A stretch of 64,000 bases of DNA, taken from an uncultured Acidobacteriota bacterium (lineage in GTDB: Bacteria > Acidobacteriota > Vicinamibacteria > Fen-336). A program made the translations under genes and the position numbers. Under the pieces are notes generated by a model. It made no database searches. It was not told the origin of the DNA and saw only the letters and a program-made list of their open reading frames with translations. The number at the start of each line of letters is the position of its first letter. The first letter of the stretch is position 1. The DNA is taken from NCBI GenBank assembly GCA_963697835.1, contig CAVOPG010000001.1, forward strand, positions 772,764 through 836,763, given 5' to 3'. Shown here piece after piece: positions 1 to 11,876 of the stretch.

Positions 1-2
1 TC

Positions 3-3000
3 AACTTCGCCGACCTGCCCGCCGGTGTCTACAGCCTCAAGGCCAGCCAGTCGGGCTTCAAGGCGTTCGAGCAGAAGGCGGTCACGGTGACCATCAACAG
101 CGTCACCCGCGTCGACGTCGCCCTCGAGATCGGCTCCATGGGCGACACCGTCACCATCACCGCCGAGCCGCCGAAGCTGCAGACCGAGACCGCCGAGGTC
201 CACGTCAACCTGATGGGCGCGGAGCTGACCAACCTGCCGGTGCCTCTGGGCCGGAACTACCAGCAGGTGTACCGGATGCTGCCCGGCATCGCGCCACCCA
301 GCAACTCGCACTCGATCCCCACGAACCCGGCGCGGTCGCTGGAGTTCACGGTCAACGGGACGAGCGACGACCAGAACAACACCCGCATCGACGGCGTCAG
401 CACCACCCACATCCAGCTGCCGCACGTCACCTCCTACATCCCGACCCTCGAGTCGATCGACGAGGTCAACGTCGTCACCAACAGCATGGACGCGGAGCAG
501 GGCCTCGCCGGCGGGGCTGCCGTGAACGTGCAGACCCGGAGCGGAGCCAACACCTTCCACGGATCGGCGTTCGAGTACTTCACCGACCAGCACCTGAAGG
601 CGTGGCCGATGAGGTTCGGCGACGTCGCCCTGAACACCGGCGACAAGCCGCAGGCGAGCTACAACCAGTTCGGAGCCAGCATCGGAGGCCCCATCAAGAA
701 GAACAAGGCCTTCTTCTTCGTCAGCTACGAGTCCACCCGGGACCACCGGACCGTCGACAACACAGTGTCGGTACCGACGCAGACGATGCTGCGGGGCGAC
801 CTGTCCGGGTCTCCCACCCCGATCTACGACCCCCTCTCGGGCAACCCCGACGGCTCGGGCCGCACCCAGTTCCAGGTGCTCCCGGGCGACCCGAACTACG
901 CGCTGTGCGACACCGCCACCAACCCGCAATGCCTCAACATCATTCCGGCGGCCCGGTTGGACCCGATCGCGATGAGGATCGCCAGCTTCATCCCGGCCAA
1001 CAACATCGACCGGGAGCGGGACAACTACTTCGTCTCCGGTCCGTTCGCGTTCGACCGCCAGCAGGTCGACTCGAGGTTCGACTACAGAGTGAGCTCCAAG
1101 CTCAACCTGGCAGGGACCTTCGGCATGCTGCACTATCGGACGAACGTGCCGACCGTCTTCGGCGACGTGGCCGTGGGCGAGCCCATCGGCGGAAGCAGCA
1201 ACCCGGGGCACGGGAATGGCAACACCTACCGGCTCACGGTGATGGGCACCTACGTCTTCAGCCCCAGCTTCCTCATGGACGCCCACTACGGGTGGGCCAA
1301 GCAGGGAACGGCCTCGGAACAGCCCGGCCTCGGCACGAACGTCGGGCTGGACGTGCTGGGGATCCCGGGCACCAACGGCCCGCGCTTCTTCGAGAGCGGC
1401 TGGCCGACCTTCGAGTTCGAGGACTTCGCCACAGTGGGGCTCAACGAGAACTTCATGCCGTACTACCGCCACGATCCGCAGTCGCAGTTCGTGGTGAACT
1501 TCAACCTGATCAAGGGGAAGCACAACATCCGGTTCGGCGGCGACTTCTACCGCATGGCGCTGAACCAGGCGCAGGCCGAGTTCATCACCGGCGGCTTCGG
1601 CGCGCAGGGAGGCTTCGGGTTCGACCGGGGCGTCACGCTCCGCTGCGAGGCGGTCGATCCGGCGACGGGCAACTGCGAGGAGACGTCCGACAGCTCCCTG
1701 TACAACAGCGTCGCGGGCTTCCTGGTCGGCCAGGCCAGCCGCGCGGGCAGGACGCTCCAGGACCCGGACGAGTACCACGTCCGGGCCAGGCTCTTCAGCG
1801 CCTATGCCCGCGACCGCTGGAGCCCGACCGACAGGCTCACCATCGATTTCGGCCTTCGCTGGGAGTACTTCCCCATCCCCACGCGTCCCGATCGCGGGAT
1901 CGAACGCTACGACGTGGAGACCGGGCAGGTGTTGCTCTGCGGGGTGGGATCGGTCCCCGAGGACTGCGGCTTCGAGACGAGCAAGACCGGCTTCGCGCCC
2001 CGGATCGGTCTCGCCTACCGGCTCCGCGACAAGTCCGTCATCCGCGCCGGCTACGGCCTCACCCGCGATCCTTACCACGCCATGGAGCTGATTCGGGCGG
2101 CCTACCCGATACTGTCGCAGGTGAAGATCGAGTCACCCGACGGCCTCACGCCGGCTCGGTCTCTGTCCCAGGGGATACCCGCGCTGGCGGTGCCTCCGCC
2201 GGGGAACGGCATCCTGGACATCCCGAGCGACTACGCGTGGACGGGGTACCCGAAGAAGCTGGACCGGGGATACATCCAGTCGTGGAACATCACGTTCCAG
2301 CAGGAGCTCCCCTGGCGCTTCACGGGCCAGATCGGCTACGTGGCCACGCGCTCGATCCGCCAGCTCGGGCTCGTCGACATCAACGCCGGCCAGGTCATCG
2401 GCGCCGGTGACGAGGGCAAGCCCCTGCAGGCGGAGTTCGGCAGGACCGCTTCGACCGTGCTGCTGCAGCCCGTCGGTACCGGCAAGTACGACTCGTTACA
2501 GGTGCAGCTGCAGCGGCGCTTCACCGCCGGCCTGAGCCTGAGCGCGAGCTATACCTGGGGCAAGGCCATCAGCCCCAACGAGAACAGCTCGTTCACCCCG
2601 AACGTCCAGGCCGTGGGCTACATGAGCCGCAATCGCGCCCTCACCGGCACGGATCGCACCCACAACCTGGGCATCACCAGCGTGTGGGAGATCCCGCTCG
2701 GGAAGGGCCGGCGCTGGCTGAACGAGGGCGGCGTGCTCTCGGCCATCCTCGGCGGCTGGCAGGTGAACAACATGATCAGCATCATGAGCGGCGTCCCCTT
2801 CAGCGTGTTCGCCGACGGCACCTCGCTGAACCTGCCGGGGAGCAACCAGACGGCGGACCAGGTCAAGCCGGCGGTGAAGCTCGGCGGGGTCGGGAGGGGA
2901 ACGCCGTACTACGATCCGACCGCCTTCGCCGACGTCACCGAGGCCCGCTTCGGCAACACCGGCTACAACTTCCTGCGCGGGCCGGGCCTGTTCAACTGGG

Positions 3001-3215
3001 ACTTCGGGTTGACACGGGAGTTCACCGTCACCAGGGACGTCAAGCTGCAGTTCCGGCTGGAGGCGTTCAACTTCACGAACACCCCCCATCTCGCGACGCC
3101 GGACAACAACGTCGGAGACGGCGAGGACTTCATGACGATCACCAGTGTGCAGGATCTCAGCCGCGAGGGGATCGACGAGCGGCAGTTCCGTCTGGGCCTG
3201 CGCCTCGTCTTCTAG
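3..3215 (+). CDS. TonB-dependent receptor, Oar-like/acidobacterial type (5'-truncated by window edge)
   Basis: Frame is open from position 3 (NFADLPAGVYSLKASQSGF, carboxypeptidase-regulatory-like domain). Also GRNYQQ, NNTRIDG, TRSGANTFHGS, NQFGASIGGPI, FAPRIGLAY and C-terminal RQFRLGLRLVF. Confidence 0.93.
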   Translation, partial: NFADLPAGVYSLKASQSGFKAFEQKAVTVTINSVTRVDVALEIGSMGDTVTITAEPPKLQTETAEVHVNLMGAELTNLPVPLGRNYQQVYRMLPGIAPPSNSHSIPTNPARSLEFTVNGTSDDQNNTRIDGVSTTHIQLPHVTSYIPTLESIDEVNVVTNSMDAEQGLAGGAAVNVQTRSGANTFHGSAFEYFTDQHLKAWPMRFGDVALNTGDKPQASYNQFGASIGGPIKKNKAFFFVSYESTRDHRTVDNTVSVPTQTMLRGDLSGSPTPIYDPLSGNPDGSGRTQFQVLPGDPNYALCDTATNPQCLNIIPAARLDPIAMRIASFIPANNIDRERDNYFVSGPFAFDRQQVDSRFDYRVSSKLNLAGTFGMLHYRTNVPTVFGDVAVGEPIGGSSNPGHGNGNTYRLTVMGTYVFSPSFLMDAHYGWAKQGTASEQPGLGTNVGLDVLGIPGTNGPRFFESGWPTFEFEDFATVGLNENFMPYYRHDPQSQFVVNFNLIKGKHNIRFGGDFYRMALNQAQAEFITGGFGAQGGFGFDRGVTLRCEAVDPATGNCEETSDSSLYNSVAGFLVGQASRAGRTLQDPDEYHVRARLFSAYARDRWSPTDRLTIDFGLRWEYFPIPTRPDRGIERYDVETGQVLLCGVGSVPEDCGFETSKTGFAPRIGLAYRLRDKSVIRAGYGLTRDPYHAMELIRAAYPILSQVKIESPDGLTPARSLSQGIPALAVPPPGNGILDIPSDYAWTGYPKKLDRGYIQSWNITFQQELPWRFTGQIGYVATRSIRQLGLVDINAGQVIGAGDEGKPLQAEFGRTASTVLLQPVGTGKYDSLQVQLQRRFTAGLSLSASYTWGKAISPNENSSFTPNVQAVGYMSRNRALTGTDRTHNLGITSVWEIPLGKGRRWLNEGGVLSAILGGWQVNNMISIMSGVPFSVFADGTSLNLPGSNQTADQVKPAVKLGGVGRGTPYYDPTAFADVTEARFGNTGYNFLRGPGLFNWDFGLTREFTVTRDVKLQFRLEAFNFTNTPHLATPDNNVGDGEDFMTITSVQDLSREGIDERQFRLGLRLVF

Positions 3216-4591
3216 GTGGGCGGCACCGAGGGGGCCGCCTTCGGCTGAGCCCGGCCGAGCCCGAGCCGGAGGACGGTCGTGGCGGCGAGGGCCATGGACG
3301 CAGCGAGGAAGTAGAGGCCCCCTTCGAAGGACCCCGTCAGCGCCTCCACGCTGCCGATCACCCAGGGCCCCATGAAGCCCCCGAGGTTGCCGACCGAGTT
3401 GATGAGGCCGATGCTGCCCGCGGCCGCCGATTCGGTGAGGAAGAGGCTCGGCATCGCCCAGAACGCGGGCAGGTAGGACTTGAAGCCGGCGTAGGCGACC
3501 ATGAAGCACGCGACGGTGAGCGGGAGATGGCCGCGGCTCTGCGTGGACACGAGGATGGCGACGGCGGCGGCGGCCATCGGGACGGCCGCGTGCAGCCGCC
3601 GCTCCTTCGCCCGATCCGAGCTCCAGCCCACGAACAGCTGGCCGGCGAGGGCGAGGAGCGGCGGCAGGAGGATGAGCGAGGTGAGGGTGTCGTACTTGAG
3701 GGAGTACCACCGCTCGAGGATGCTGGGCAGGAAGAACTCGACGCCGTAGCTGCCCGTGACCGACAGGAAGTACACGAGCGCGAGCAGCAGCACCTTGGGG
3801 TGGCGCAGGGCCTCGGCCAACGTCATCCGGTGTTTCGCGAACCCGGCCGCCTTCTCCCGCTCGAGCTCGGCCACGAGGGCTGCCCGCTCGTCGGGCGACA
3901 GCCACCGTGCCTGCCAGGGCCGGTCGGTGAGGGCGAAGAGCACGACGACACCCATCACGACCGCCGGAATGCCCCAGCCGACGTAGATCCACTGCCAGCC
4001 CGAAAGGCCGAGCACCTTCGGGTGATGGACGAGAACCCCCGCCACCACCTCGTCGGTGCCGATGCGCAGGAGGAGGTTCGAGATCTTCGGGCTCAAGAGC
4101 TGTGCGACCGGAGTCGCCACGAAGAAGAAGGCGAGGGCGCGGGCCCGGTCGCGGCTCGGGAACCAGTGGGTGAGGTAGACGATCACCCCGGGAAAGAAGC
4201 CGGCCTCCGCCAGCCCCAGCAGGAACCGCACGAGGTAGAAGTCGAACGGCGTCCGAACCGTGGCGGTGAGCGCGGCCATGACGCCCCACGTGATCATGAT
4301 GCGGGAGATCCAGAGGCGGGCGCTCCACTTCTCGACGATGAGCGTGCCCGGGATCTCGAGGAGGAAGTAGCCCAGGAAGAAGATGCCGGCGCCGAAGCCG
4401 ATGACCGCGTTGTCGAAGCCGGGCAGCTCGCGGCTCATGGTGAGCTTGGCGATGGCCACGTTCGCGCGGTCGACGAACGCGATGACGTAGGAGATGAAGA
4501 GGATCGGGAGGAGACGCAGGTAGGCCTTCCGCCGGGCGCGGTCGAGGGGGCTCACCGGGACGACGGCCGGCGGTCCGGCCGGGGGAGACAT
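3212..4591 (-). CDS. MFS transporter, ACS (tartrate/phthalate permease-like) family
   Basis: AFVDRANVA, FFLGYFLLEIP, RFLLGLAEAGFFPG, INSVGNLGGF; start set at MSPPAG. Confidence 0.9.
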   Translation of the reverse strand: MSPPAGPPAVVPVSPLDRARRKAYLRLLPILFISYVIAFVDRANVAIAKLTMSRELPGFDNAVIGFGAGIFFLGYFLLEIPGTLIVEKWSARLWISRIMITWGVMAALTATVRTPFDFYLVRFLLGLAEAGFFPGVIVYLTHWFPSRDRARALAFFFVATPVAQLLSPKISNLLLRIGTDEVVAGVLVHHPKVLGLSGWQWIYVGWGIPAVVMGVVVLFALTDRPWQARWLSPDERAALVAELEREKAAGFAKHRMTLAEALRHPKVLLLALVYFLSVTGSYGVEFFLPSILERWYSLKYDTLTSLILLPPLLALAGQLFVGWSSDRAKERRLHAAVPMAAAAVAILVSTQSRGHLPLTVACFMVAYAGFKSYLPAFWAMPSLFLTESAAAGSIGLINSVGNLGGFMGPWVIGSVEALTGSFEGGLYFLAASMALAATTVLRLGLGRAQPKAAPSVPPT

Positions 4592-4697
4592 GCCGCCCTT
4601 CGTATCACAACTGTCGGGGCGTCGGGCGTCGGCCCCGTCTCCGCCCGCCTTCGAGGTATCCTCTGGCATCCCGCGCCCGGAGGAGGTTCTGGCCACG

Positions 4698-5630
4698 ATG
4701 TCGAGCGACCCGGTGACCCCTGAGGATCTCCGAGGGGTCTTCGCCGTTCCGCCGCTGCCCCGGAGGCCCGACACCCGGCGCACGCTGGACCTCGACGAGG
4801 CGGAGCGCGTGGCCGCACATATCGCGCGGGGCGGGATCACCCGCCTGCTCTACGGCGGAAACGCGTTCCTCTATCACGTCACGCTCGCCGAGTACGCGAC
4901 GCTCGTCGACTGGCTGGCCGGCTTCCCGAAGGAGCGCTGGGCGATCCCGAGCCTGGGCCCGTCGTTCGGCCGGGCGATCGACCAGGCGCGGCTCCTGCGG
5001 CGGCATTCCTTCCGGGCCGCGATGATGCTGCCGTGCAGCGATCCGCGCGACGCGGCGGGACTGGAGGCGGGCCTGCGCGAGATCGCGGAAGCGGCCGGGC
5101 TGCCCCTCATCGTCTACCTCAAGTCCGAGGACGGCTTCGGGGCGGATCGGGAGCGAGGCCAGGACGCCATCGGCCGGCTCGTGAGCGACGGCGTGTGCGT
5201 CGCCGTCAAGTACGCGGTCGTGCGGCCCGACCCCGGTCAGGACGCGTACCTCGACGGGCTGCTCCGGCGCGTGGACCGGGGGAGGGTCGTGAGCGGGATC
5301 GGGGAACGGCCCGCCGTCGTTCACGGGCAGAAGTTCGGGCTGGCCGGCTTCACCACCGGCTCGGGCTGCCTCGCTCCGCGCCTCAGCAACGCACTGCTCG
5401 CCGCCATGGCCAAAGGCGACTGGGCCCGGGCCGCGGCGCTTCGCTCCCGGTTCCTGCCGCTCGAGGATCTGCGCGACGCGTGGGGCCCCGCCCGCGTCCT
5501 CCACCACGCCACCGAGCTCGCAGGGGTCGCTCGGACCGGGCCCATCCCGCCGTACGTCTCCGCTCTCGAGGCGGAGAAGCTCGAGCGCCTCGCGCCCGTG
5601 GCGCGCGCCCTGCGGGAGGGTGACGCGTGA
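4698..5630 (+). CDS. Dihydrodipicolinate synthase-family protein (probable 2-keto-3-deoxy sugar acid dehydratase/aldolase)
   Basis: YGGNA, LIVYLK, Schiff-base [21 protein letters not shown]; GGAGGAGG precedes the ATG at 4698. Confidence 0.82.
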   Translation: MSSDPVTPEDLRGVFAVPPLPRRPDTRRTLDLDEAERVAAHIARGGITRLLYGGNAFLYHVTLAEYATLVDWLAGFPKERWAIPSLGPSFGRAIDQARLLRRHSFRAAMMLPCSDPRDAAGLEAGLREIAEAAGLPLIVYLKSEDGFGADRERGQDAIGRLVSDGVCVAVKYAVVRPDPGQDAYLDGLLRRVDRGRVVSGIGERPAVVHGQKFGLAGFTTGSGCLAPRLSNALLAAMAKGDWARAAALRSRFLPLEDLRDAWGPARVLHHATELAGVARTGPIPPYVSALEAEKLERLAPVARALREGDA

Positions 5631-7357
5631 GCCGCCCCCGCAAGTCGCCGGAGGACCTGCGCAGCCACCGCTGGTTCGGCCGAGACGACGTGCGGTCCTT
5701 CGGGCACCGCTCGCGCGCCAAGCAGTCGGGCTTCGACTCCGAGGATGTCCAGGGCAAGCCGGTCATCGCCATCCTCAACACCTGGAGCGACGCCAACCCC
5801 TGCCACGCCCACTTCCGCCTGCGCGCCGAGGAGGTCAAGCGGGGGATCTGGCAGGCGGGAGGCTTCCCGATGGAGATCCCGCTCCTCACCCTGGGCGAGA
5901 CGTTCATGAAGCCCACCACCATGCTCTACCGGAACCTCCTCGCCATGGAGGCGGAGGAGGCGCTGCGGTCCTATCCCGCCGACGGGGCGGTCCTCCTCGG
6001 CGGGTGCGACAAGACCGTTCCCGCCCTGCTGATGGGGGCCACGAGCATGAACCTGCCCGCGCTCTTCGTGCCCGCCGGCCCCATGCTGCGCGGCAACTGG
6101 CGCGGCCAGACGCTCGGCAGCGGCAGCGACGTGTGGAAGTACTGGGCCGAGCGGCGGGCGGGGGCGCTCGACGAGTGCGCGTGGCGCGAGATGGAGGACG
6201 GCATCGCGCGCTCCTTCGGGACCTGCATGACGATGGGGACCGCCTCCACCATGGCCGCCGCCGCCGAGGCGCTCGGCATGACGCTGCCGGGGGCCTCGTC
6301 GATTCCCGCCGCCGACTCCGCCCACTCGCGGATGGCCGCCGCCGCGGGGCGGAGGATCGTGGAGATGGTCTACGAGGACCTCACGCCGCGGGAGATCCTC
6401 ACCACCGACGCGTTCGAGAACGCGGTCGTGGCGACGATGGCCCTCGGGGGATCGACGAACGCCATCATCCACCTGATCGCGATGGCGGGCCGGGCGGGGG
6501 CGAGCCTCGACCTCGACCGCTTCGACACCCTTTCTCGCCGCACCCCCTTCCTCGCGAACATCCGCCCCTCGGGCCGCTACCTGATGGAGGACTTCTTCTA
6601 CGCGGGCGGCCTCCGCGGCCTCCTCGCCCGCCTCGAAGGTCTCCTCCACGCCGACTGCCTCACCGCGAACGGCCGCAGCCTCGGCGAGAACGTGAAGGGA
6701 GCCGACGTCTTCGACGACGACGTGATCGCGACGCGCGAGAGTCCCGTCGGCCCCGAGGGCGGGGTGGCCGTCCTGCGCGGCAACCTCGCCCCCGACGGCG
6801 CAGTCATCAAGCACACCGCGGCCGAGCGGCGGCTCCTCACCCACGCGGGCCCGGCCGTCGTCTTCCGGAACTACGCCGACCTCGAGGCCCGCATCGACGA
6901 TCCCGCCCTGCCCGTCACCGCCGACTCCGTCCTCGTCCTCCAGGACGCCGGTCCCCTCGGGGCGCCGGGGATGCCCGAGTGGGGCATGCTGCCCATCCCG
7001 AAGAAGCTCCTCGCCCAGGGCGTGCGGGACATGGTGCGGATCTCCGACGCCCGCATGAGCGGGACCGCGTACGGGGCCTGCGTCCTGCACGTGGCCCCCG
7101 AGTCGTTCGTGGGAGGGCCGCTCGCATTCGTGCGCGACGGCGACGTCGTCGAGCTGGACGTACCGGGGCGGCGGCTCTCCCTGCGCGTGCCGGACGAGGA
7201 GCTCGGCCGGCGCCGGCAGGACTGGAAGCAGCGCGAGGTGGACTACCCGCGCGGCTTCGGCCGGCTCTACGCGCGCCACGTGACGCAGGCCGACAAGGGC
7301 TGCGACTTCGACTTCCTGGAGGGCACGGCTCGAGTCCCCGAGCCGGAGATCCACTGA
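5627..7357 (+). CDS. IlvD/Edd-family dehydratase, probable L-arabinonate dehydratase
   Basis: [57 protein letters not shown]. Confidence 0.9.
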   Translation: MSRPRKSPEDLRSHRWFGRDDVRSFGHRSRAKQSGFDSEDVQGKPVIAILNTWSDANPCHAHFRLRAEEVKRGIWQAGGFPMEIPLLTLGETFMKPTTMLYRNLLAMEAEEALRSYPADGAVLLGGCDKTVPALLMGATSMNLPALFVPAGPMLRGNWRGQTLGSGSDVWKYWAERRAGALDECAWREMEDGIARSFGTCMTMGTASTMAAAAEALGMTLPGASSIPAADSAHSRMAAAAGRRIVEMVYEDLTPREILTTDAFENAVVATMALGGSTNAIIHLIAMAGRAGASLDLDRFDTLSRRTPFLANIRPSGRYLMEDFFYAGGLRGLLARLEGLLHADCLTANGRSLGENVKGADVFDDDVIATRESPVGPEGGVAVLRGNLAPDGAVIKHTAAERRLLTHAGPAVVFRNYADLEARIDDPALPVTADSVLVLQDAGPLGAPGMPEWGMLPIPKKLLAQGVRDMVRISDARMSGTAYGACVLHVAPESFVGGPLAFVRDGDVVELDVPGRRLSLRVPDEELGRRRQDWKQREVDYPRGFGRLYARHVTQADKGCDFDFLEGTARVPEPEIH

Positions 7358-8132
7358 TGGAGATCCCGAAGAACGCGTTCAAGCGGGCCCTCGCGGAGGG
7401 AGGGCGGCCTATCGGCTTCTGGCTGTCGCTCGGCAGCCCGGCGGTGGCCGAGCTCGTGGCCGGGGCCGGATACGACTGGGTGCTCGTCGACACCGAGCAC
7501 GCCCCCAACGAGGTGCCCGACGTGATCCACCAGCTCCGGGCCCTCGAGGGCGGCACGGCGTCTCCGGTCGTGCGCCCGGCGTGGAACGATCCCGTGCTCA
7601 TCAAGCGCCTGCTCGACGCCGGGGCCCAGAGCCTGCTCGTGCCGTTCGTGCGCAACGCCGAAGAGGCGGCGCGCGCCGTAGCGGCCACGCGCTACCCGCC
7701 GACAGGGATCCGGGGCGTGGCGACGATCACCCGGGCCAGCCGCTACGGCCGGGTGACCGACTACGTCCACGCGGCCGAGGCCGAGCTCTGCGTGGTCGTC
7801 CAGCTCGAGACGCGCGGGTCCCTCGTCGAGCTCGAAGCCATCGCGGCCGTACCCGGTGTGGACGCGCTCTTCGTCGGCCCGTCCGACCTCGCCGCCGACC
7901 TCGGCCACCCGGCGACCCGCGCCACTCGGAAGTGCAGGCCGCGATCGTGGACGCCTGCGCCCGGTGCTCGCGGCTCGGGAAGCCGCTCGGCACCTTCGCG
8001 CCGATCGAGGACGACGCCCGCCGCTACCTCGAGATGGGCGTCCGGTTCGCCGCGGTGGGGGCCGACGCGGTCGTGCTCCGGCGGGGCGCCGACGCGCTCC
8101 GCGAGGCCTTCCGCAATCCCGCCCACCCATGA
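7357..8132 (+). CDS. HpcH/HpaI-family aldolase (one frameshift near 7910-7920)
   Basis: [43 protein letters not shown]; continues in another frame as [10 protein letters not shown]...FAAVGAD. Confidence 0.85.
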
Positions 8133-9514
8133 CCACGGAGGGCCGGTCGGCCGGCGGGCCTCGCGCCGGCGATCGTGACGCGGCCCCCTCGACCGCTACG
8201 CGGAAGAGCGCGAGGCCCGGGCTGGGAGCCGAGCCCACCCGGGCGCGTTACGGGGTCGTGGGTTTCGCCGTCGCATTGGCGGTGATCCAGTACATCGACC
8301 GGGTGTGTATCTCGCAGGCGGCGCCGCTCGTCTCGGAGGACCTCGGGCTGTCGCCCCGCCAGATGGGTTACGTATTCTCCGCCTTCACGCTGGCGTACGC
8401 CCTCTTCGAGATTCCCGCCGGCTATCTCGGAGACCGCATCGGCCCGCGCAAGGTGCTCCTTCGGATCGTCCTGTGGTGGTCGTTCTTCACCGTGGCCACC
8501 GGCTGGGCGTGGAGCTGGCTGTCGCTGGTGACGACGCGGTTCCTGTTCGGCGCGGGCGAGGCCGGCTGCTTCCCGAACCTCGCCAAGGCCCTGCACCGCT
8601 GGCTGCCGTCGCACGAGCGGACGCGGGCGCAGGGCCTGCTCTGGATGAGCGCCCGCTGGGGGGGCGCGGCGACGCCGCTCCTCGTCTACTTCTGCCTCCA
8701 GCACGTGCAATGGCGCACCGCGTTCCTCCTGTTCGGCCTGATTGGCATCGCGTGGGCCGCCGCCTTTTTCGTCTGGTTCCGCGACGACCCCCGCGCACAC
8801 CCGGCCGTCAACGCCGCCGAGGCGGCGCTCGTCCCGGCGGCCGCCCTCCGGTCCCCCGGCCATCTCGGCGTGCCGTGGCGCCAGTGGCTGCGATCGCGAA
8901 CCGTGTGGTGCCTGTGCGGGCAGTACGCCGCCCTGAGCTACGTCTGGTACTTCTTCATCACCTGGTTCCCGACCTACCTGCTGAAGGCACGGGGCTTCGA
9001 CATGAAGCAGAGCGCCTGGCTGGCCGGGACTCCGCTCCTCCTCGGAGGCTTCGGGTCCCTGGCCGCGGGCTGGCTTTCCCCCTGGCTCGCCGCCAGGCTC
9101 GGCGGGATGCGCCCGGTGCGGTGCGGGCTGGGCGCCTCCGGCTACCTCGTCGGCGCGTCGCTCCTGGTCGTCTCCACGCTCCTCGCGAACCCCTACCTCG
9201 CGGTGGCGGCGATCGCGCTCGTGAGCTTCTTCAACGACCTCGCCCTGCCCGGCTCGTGGGCGACGTGCATGGACGTCGGCGGGCGCTGCGTGGCGACGCT
9301 GGGAGGCGCCATGAACATGATGGGCAACTTCGGCGGCTTCCTGTCGCCGATCGTGACCGGCTACGTCGTCGAACGGACGGGGAGCTGGACGGGGTCGTTC
9401 TACGTCGCGGCCACCGTCTACGTCGCGGGCGCTCTCTGTTGGCTCGCCCTCGACCCGGTGACGCCGCTCGAGAAGCCGGCGGGAGAGCGACTAGCGGTGG
9501 AGGAGGCATGGTAG
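8129..9514 (+). CDS. MFS transporter, ACS (glucarate/galactonate-like) family
   Basis: [36 protein letters not shown]; ATGA overlap with the upstream stop. Confidence 0.9.
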   Translation: MTTEGRSAGGPRAGDRDAAPSTATRKSARPGLGAEPTRARYGVVGFAVALAVIQYIDRVCISQAAPLVSEDLGLSPRQMGYVFSAFTLAYALFEIPAGYLGDRIGPRKVLLRIVLWWSFFTVATGWAWSWLSLVTTRFLFGAGEAGCFPNLAKALHRWLPSHERTRAQGLLWMSARWGGAATPLLVYFCLQHVQWRTAFLLFGLIGIAWAAAFFVWFRDDPRAHPAVNAAEAALVPAAALRSPGHLGVPWRQWLRSRTVWCLCGQYAALSYVWYFFITWFPTYLLKARGFDMKQSAWLAGTPLLLGGFGSLAAGWLSPWLAARLGGMRPVRCGLGASGYLVGASLLVVSTLLANPYLAVAAIALVSFFNDLALPGSWATCMDVGGRCVATLGGAMNMMGNFGGFLSPIVTGYVVERTGSWTGSFYVAATVYVAGALCWLALDPVTPLEKPAGERLAVEEAW

Positions 9515-9516
9515 GA

Positions 9517-9693
9517 ATGGAGCCGGAGATCCACGACGAGCTCGAGCGCCGGATCTACGAGACGATCATCTCGTTTCCGGGGCGGCTCGACGAGATGGAG
9601 ACGCGCAGCGAGGACAACTGCCGTCTGCTCGCGAGTCGTATCGCAGACCTCGTGCGGCAGCACGGAGGCTCGGGGACCGCAGGCCCCGCCTGA
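9517..9693 (+). CDS. Small hypothetical protein (58 aa)
   Basis: MEPEIHDELERRIYETII...; ATG 2 nt after the MFS stop, GGAGG upstream, GC3-rich codons. Confidence 0.45.
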   Translation: MEPEIHDELERRIYETIISFPGRLDEMETRSEDNCRLLASRIADLVRQHGGSGTAGPA

Positions 9694-9714
9694 AGGAACA
9701 GGCGGCGGCGAGCT

Positions 9715-9960
9715 TCATCTCCGGCCCTCCGGATCGTTCCTCGCGAGCAGCCAGCCCACGACGAAGAACACGGCCCCCACCCCCGTCAGCGCGACCATGA
9801 CCCGCAGTTGGCTGCCCGAGGACATGAACACGGCCCGCGTGACGAGTATCAGGCCGAAGAGCTGGAGACCGCGCCCGACGAAGTAGAGAGTCCAGCCGGT
9901 CCGGTTGGCGTTCTTTCGCCTCACGGTCGCAAGTCCCTTCGATGGGGGCGCCGACGGCAT
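9715..9960 (-). CDS. Small two-TM membrane protein
   Basis: [15 protein letters not shown] and [19 protein letters not shown] hydrophobic segments; start uncertain. Confidence 0.5.
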   Translation of the reverse strand: MPSAPPSKGLATVRRKNANRTGWTLYFVGRGLQLFGLILVTRAVFMSSGSQLRVMVALTGVGAVFFVVGWLLARNDPEGRR

Positions 9961-10169
9961 CCTGGCATTCTCCGGCGAGTCGCACCCGCGAATCTAGCCG
10001 CCTTGGCACTCGAGTGGCAACCTCCTGGCCAACGCCGGATGGCGCAGGCGCAGGGCGAATCCCGCCGTGGCCTGCCCGACTTTCGCGATATTCTGGAGCC
10101 GCGCGGGCCCTGGAAGGTGGGACGCACGAGTCGGGTCCTGCCAATCACGCCCGCCTGGGGAGGCCCATA

Positions 10170-11648
10170 GTGCTCACTCCGCTGAAGAAATCCGAGGTCT
10201 GGTTCGTGACCGGAAGCCAGCATCTCTACGGCCCCGAGACCCTGCGCCAGGTGGCCGAGAACTCCCGGACGATCGCAGAGGCCCTCGACCACTCCCCCCG
10301 GATCCCCTGCCGGGTCGAGTTCAAGCCGGTGGTCAAGACACCGGAGGAGGTGCTCGCCTTGCTCTCCGAGGCCAACACGGCGCCGGCCTGCGTCGGCCTC
10401 GTCTTCTGGATGCACACGTTCTCGCCCGCCAAGATGTGGATCGCCGGGCTCACCGCGCTCCGAAAGCCCTACGCCCACCTCCACACCCAGTTCAACCGCG
10501 ATCTGCCCTGGGGCACGATCGACATGGACTTCATGAACCTGAACCAGGCCGCCCATGGCGACCGGGAGTTCGGGCACATCTGCACGAGGATGCGGCACGA
10601 CCGCAAGGTCGTGGTCGGCCACTGGCAGGAAGAAGGCGTCCACGAGCGCCTCGACGTCTGGATGCGGGCGGCGTGTGCCTGGGCCGACAGCCGGCGGCTC
10701 AAGCTCGCCCGCTTCGGCGACAACATGCGCGAAGTGGCGGTCACCGAGGGGGACAAGGTCGCTGCCCAGGTGCAGTTCGGGTACTCCGTGAACGGATACG
10801 GGGTCGGCGATCTCGTCGCTCGGGTCAAGCAGGCGACGGATGCCGAGGTGGACCGCCTGGTGAAGGAGTACTCCGAGCTCTACGAGGTCAAGGTCTCGAG
10901 TGAGCAGAGGGGAGCAGTCCGGGGACAGGCCCGCATCGAGCTGGGACTGCGGGCCTTCCTTGCCGACGGGGGCTTCTCCGCCTTCACCGACACCTTCGAG
11001 GACCTCCACGGCCTCGAGCAGCTTCCGGGGCTGGCCGTGCAGCGCCTGATGGCCGAGGGCTACGGCTTCGGGGCCGAGGGCGACTGGAAGACGGCGGCTC
11101 TCGTGCGGGCGGTGAAGGTGATGGGGACCGGTCTCCCCCGCGGCACCTCCTTCATGGAGGACTACACCTACCACCTCGACCCGAAGGGAGCGAAGGTCCT
11201 CGGTGCCCACATGCTCGAGGTCTGCCCCACCATCGCCCAGGGCCGGCCCACGCTCGAGGTGCATCCCCTCAGCATCGGCGGCAAGGCCGATCCCGCGCGC
11301 CTCGTGTTCCAGGCGGCCCCCGGACCCGCCCTCAACGCCGCGGTCATCGATCTCGGCAACCGCTTCCGTCTTGTCGTCAACGCCGTGGACGTGGTGGCGC
11401 CGGACGCGCCCCTGCCGAAGCTCCCCGTGGCCCGGGCGCTGTGGGTCCCGCGGCCGAACCTCGAGGTGGCGGCGGCGGCGTGGATCCACGCCGGCAGCTC
11501 CCACCACACCGCTTTCAGCCTCGCGGTCACCCCGGAGCATCTCCGGGACTTCACCGGAATGGCCGACGTCGAGTTCGTGCTGATCGACGAGCACACCCGG
11601 CTTCCCGAGCTCCAGAAGGAGCTGCGCTGGAACGACGCCTGCTACTGA
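10170..11648 (+). CDS. araA: L-arabinose isomerase
   Basis: [58 protein letters not shown]; GTG start at 10170. Confidence 0.97.
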   Translation: MLTPLKKSEVWFVTGSQHLYGPETLRQVAENSRTIAEALDHSPRIPCRVEFKPVVKTPEEVLALLSEANTAPACVGLVFWMHTFSPAKMWIAGLTALRKPYAHLHTQFNRDLPWGTIDMDFMNLNQAAHGDREFGHICTRMRHDRKVVVGHWQEEGVHERLDVWMRAACAWADSRRLKLARFGDNMREVAVTEGDKVAAQVQFGYSVNGYGVGDLVARVKQATDAEVDRLVKEYSELYEVKVSSEQRGAVRGQARIELGLRAFLADGGFSAFTDTFEDLHGLEQLPGLAVQRLMAEGYGFGAEGDWKTAALVRAVKVMGTGLPRGTSFMEDYTYHLDPKGAKVLGAHMLEVCPTIAQGRPTLEVHPLSIGGKADPARLVFQAAPGPALNAAVIDLGNRFRLVVNAVDVVAPDAPLPKLPVARALWVPRPNLEVAAAAWIHAGSSHHTAFSLAVTPEHLRDFTGMADVEFVLIDEHTRLPELQKELRWNDACY

Positions 11649-11857
11649 TGGCGCCGGCGCTTCAGGCGCAGGACATGACGTCTCGCGTGCAGACGCTCGC
11701 GCCGGTCATGACCGGAATCGTGCCTCTCGCAGCCTTCTACCCGGCCGAGGAGTCTCACCAGGACTACTACATCAAGAACGTCCGCCAGTACTGGGCCTAC
11801 CGCTCGGGCTGCGGGCGCGATCAGCGGCTGCGGGAGCTGTGGGGCTCCGACCACTGA
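11648..11857 (+). pseudogene. msrA: C-terminal remnant of peptide-methionine sulfoxide reductase MsrA
   Basis: FYPAEESHQDYYIKN...YRSGCGRDQRLRELWG matches the MsrA C-terminus; the GCFW catalytic N-terminus is absent. Confidence 0.75.
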
Positions 11858-11876
11858 GCCCCGTTCGCGGCTGCGC

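Noticed and set aside
602-2410. Long alternative-frame and antisense ORFs (e.g. 602-2410, 12180-14591, 19176-21740, 47821-50385, 59488-62463)
   Set aside because: These are Arg/Gly/Pro-rich or antisense shadows of well-supported genes, as expected from stop-codon scarcity at high GC
5620-8178. 852-aa ORF that appears to extend the HpcH aldolase
   Set aside because: Only the part from ATG 7357 is protein-like; the upstream part is a shadow frame of the dehydratase
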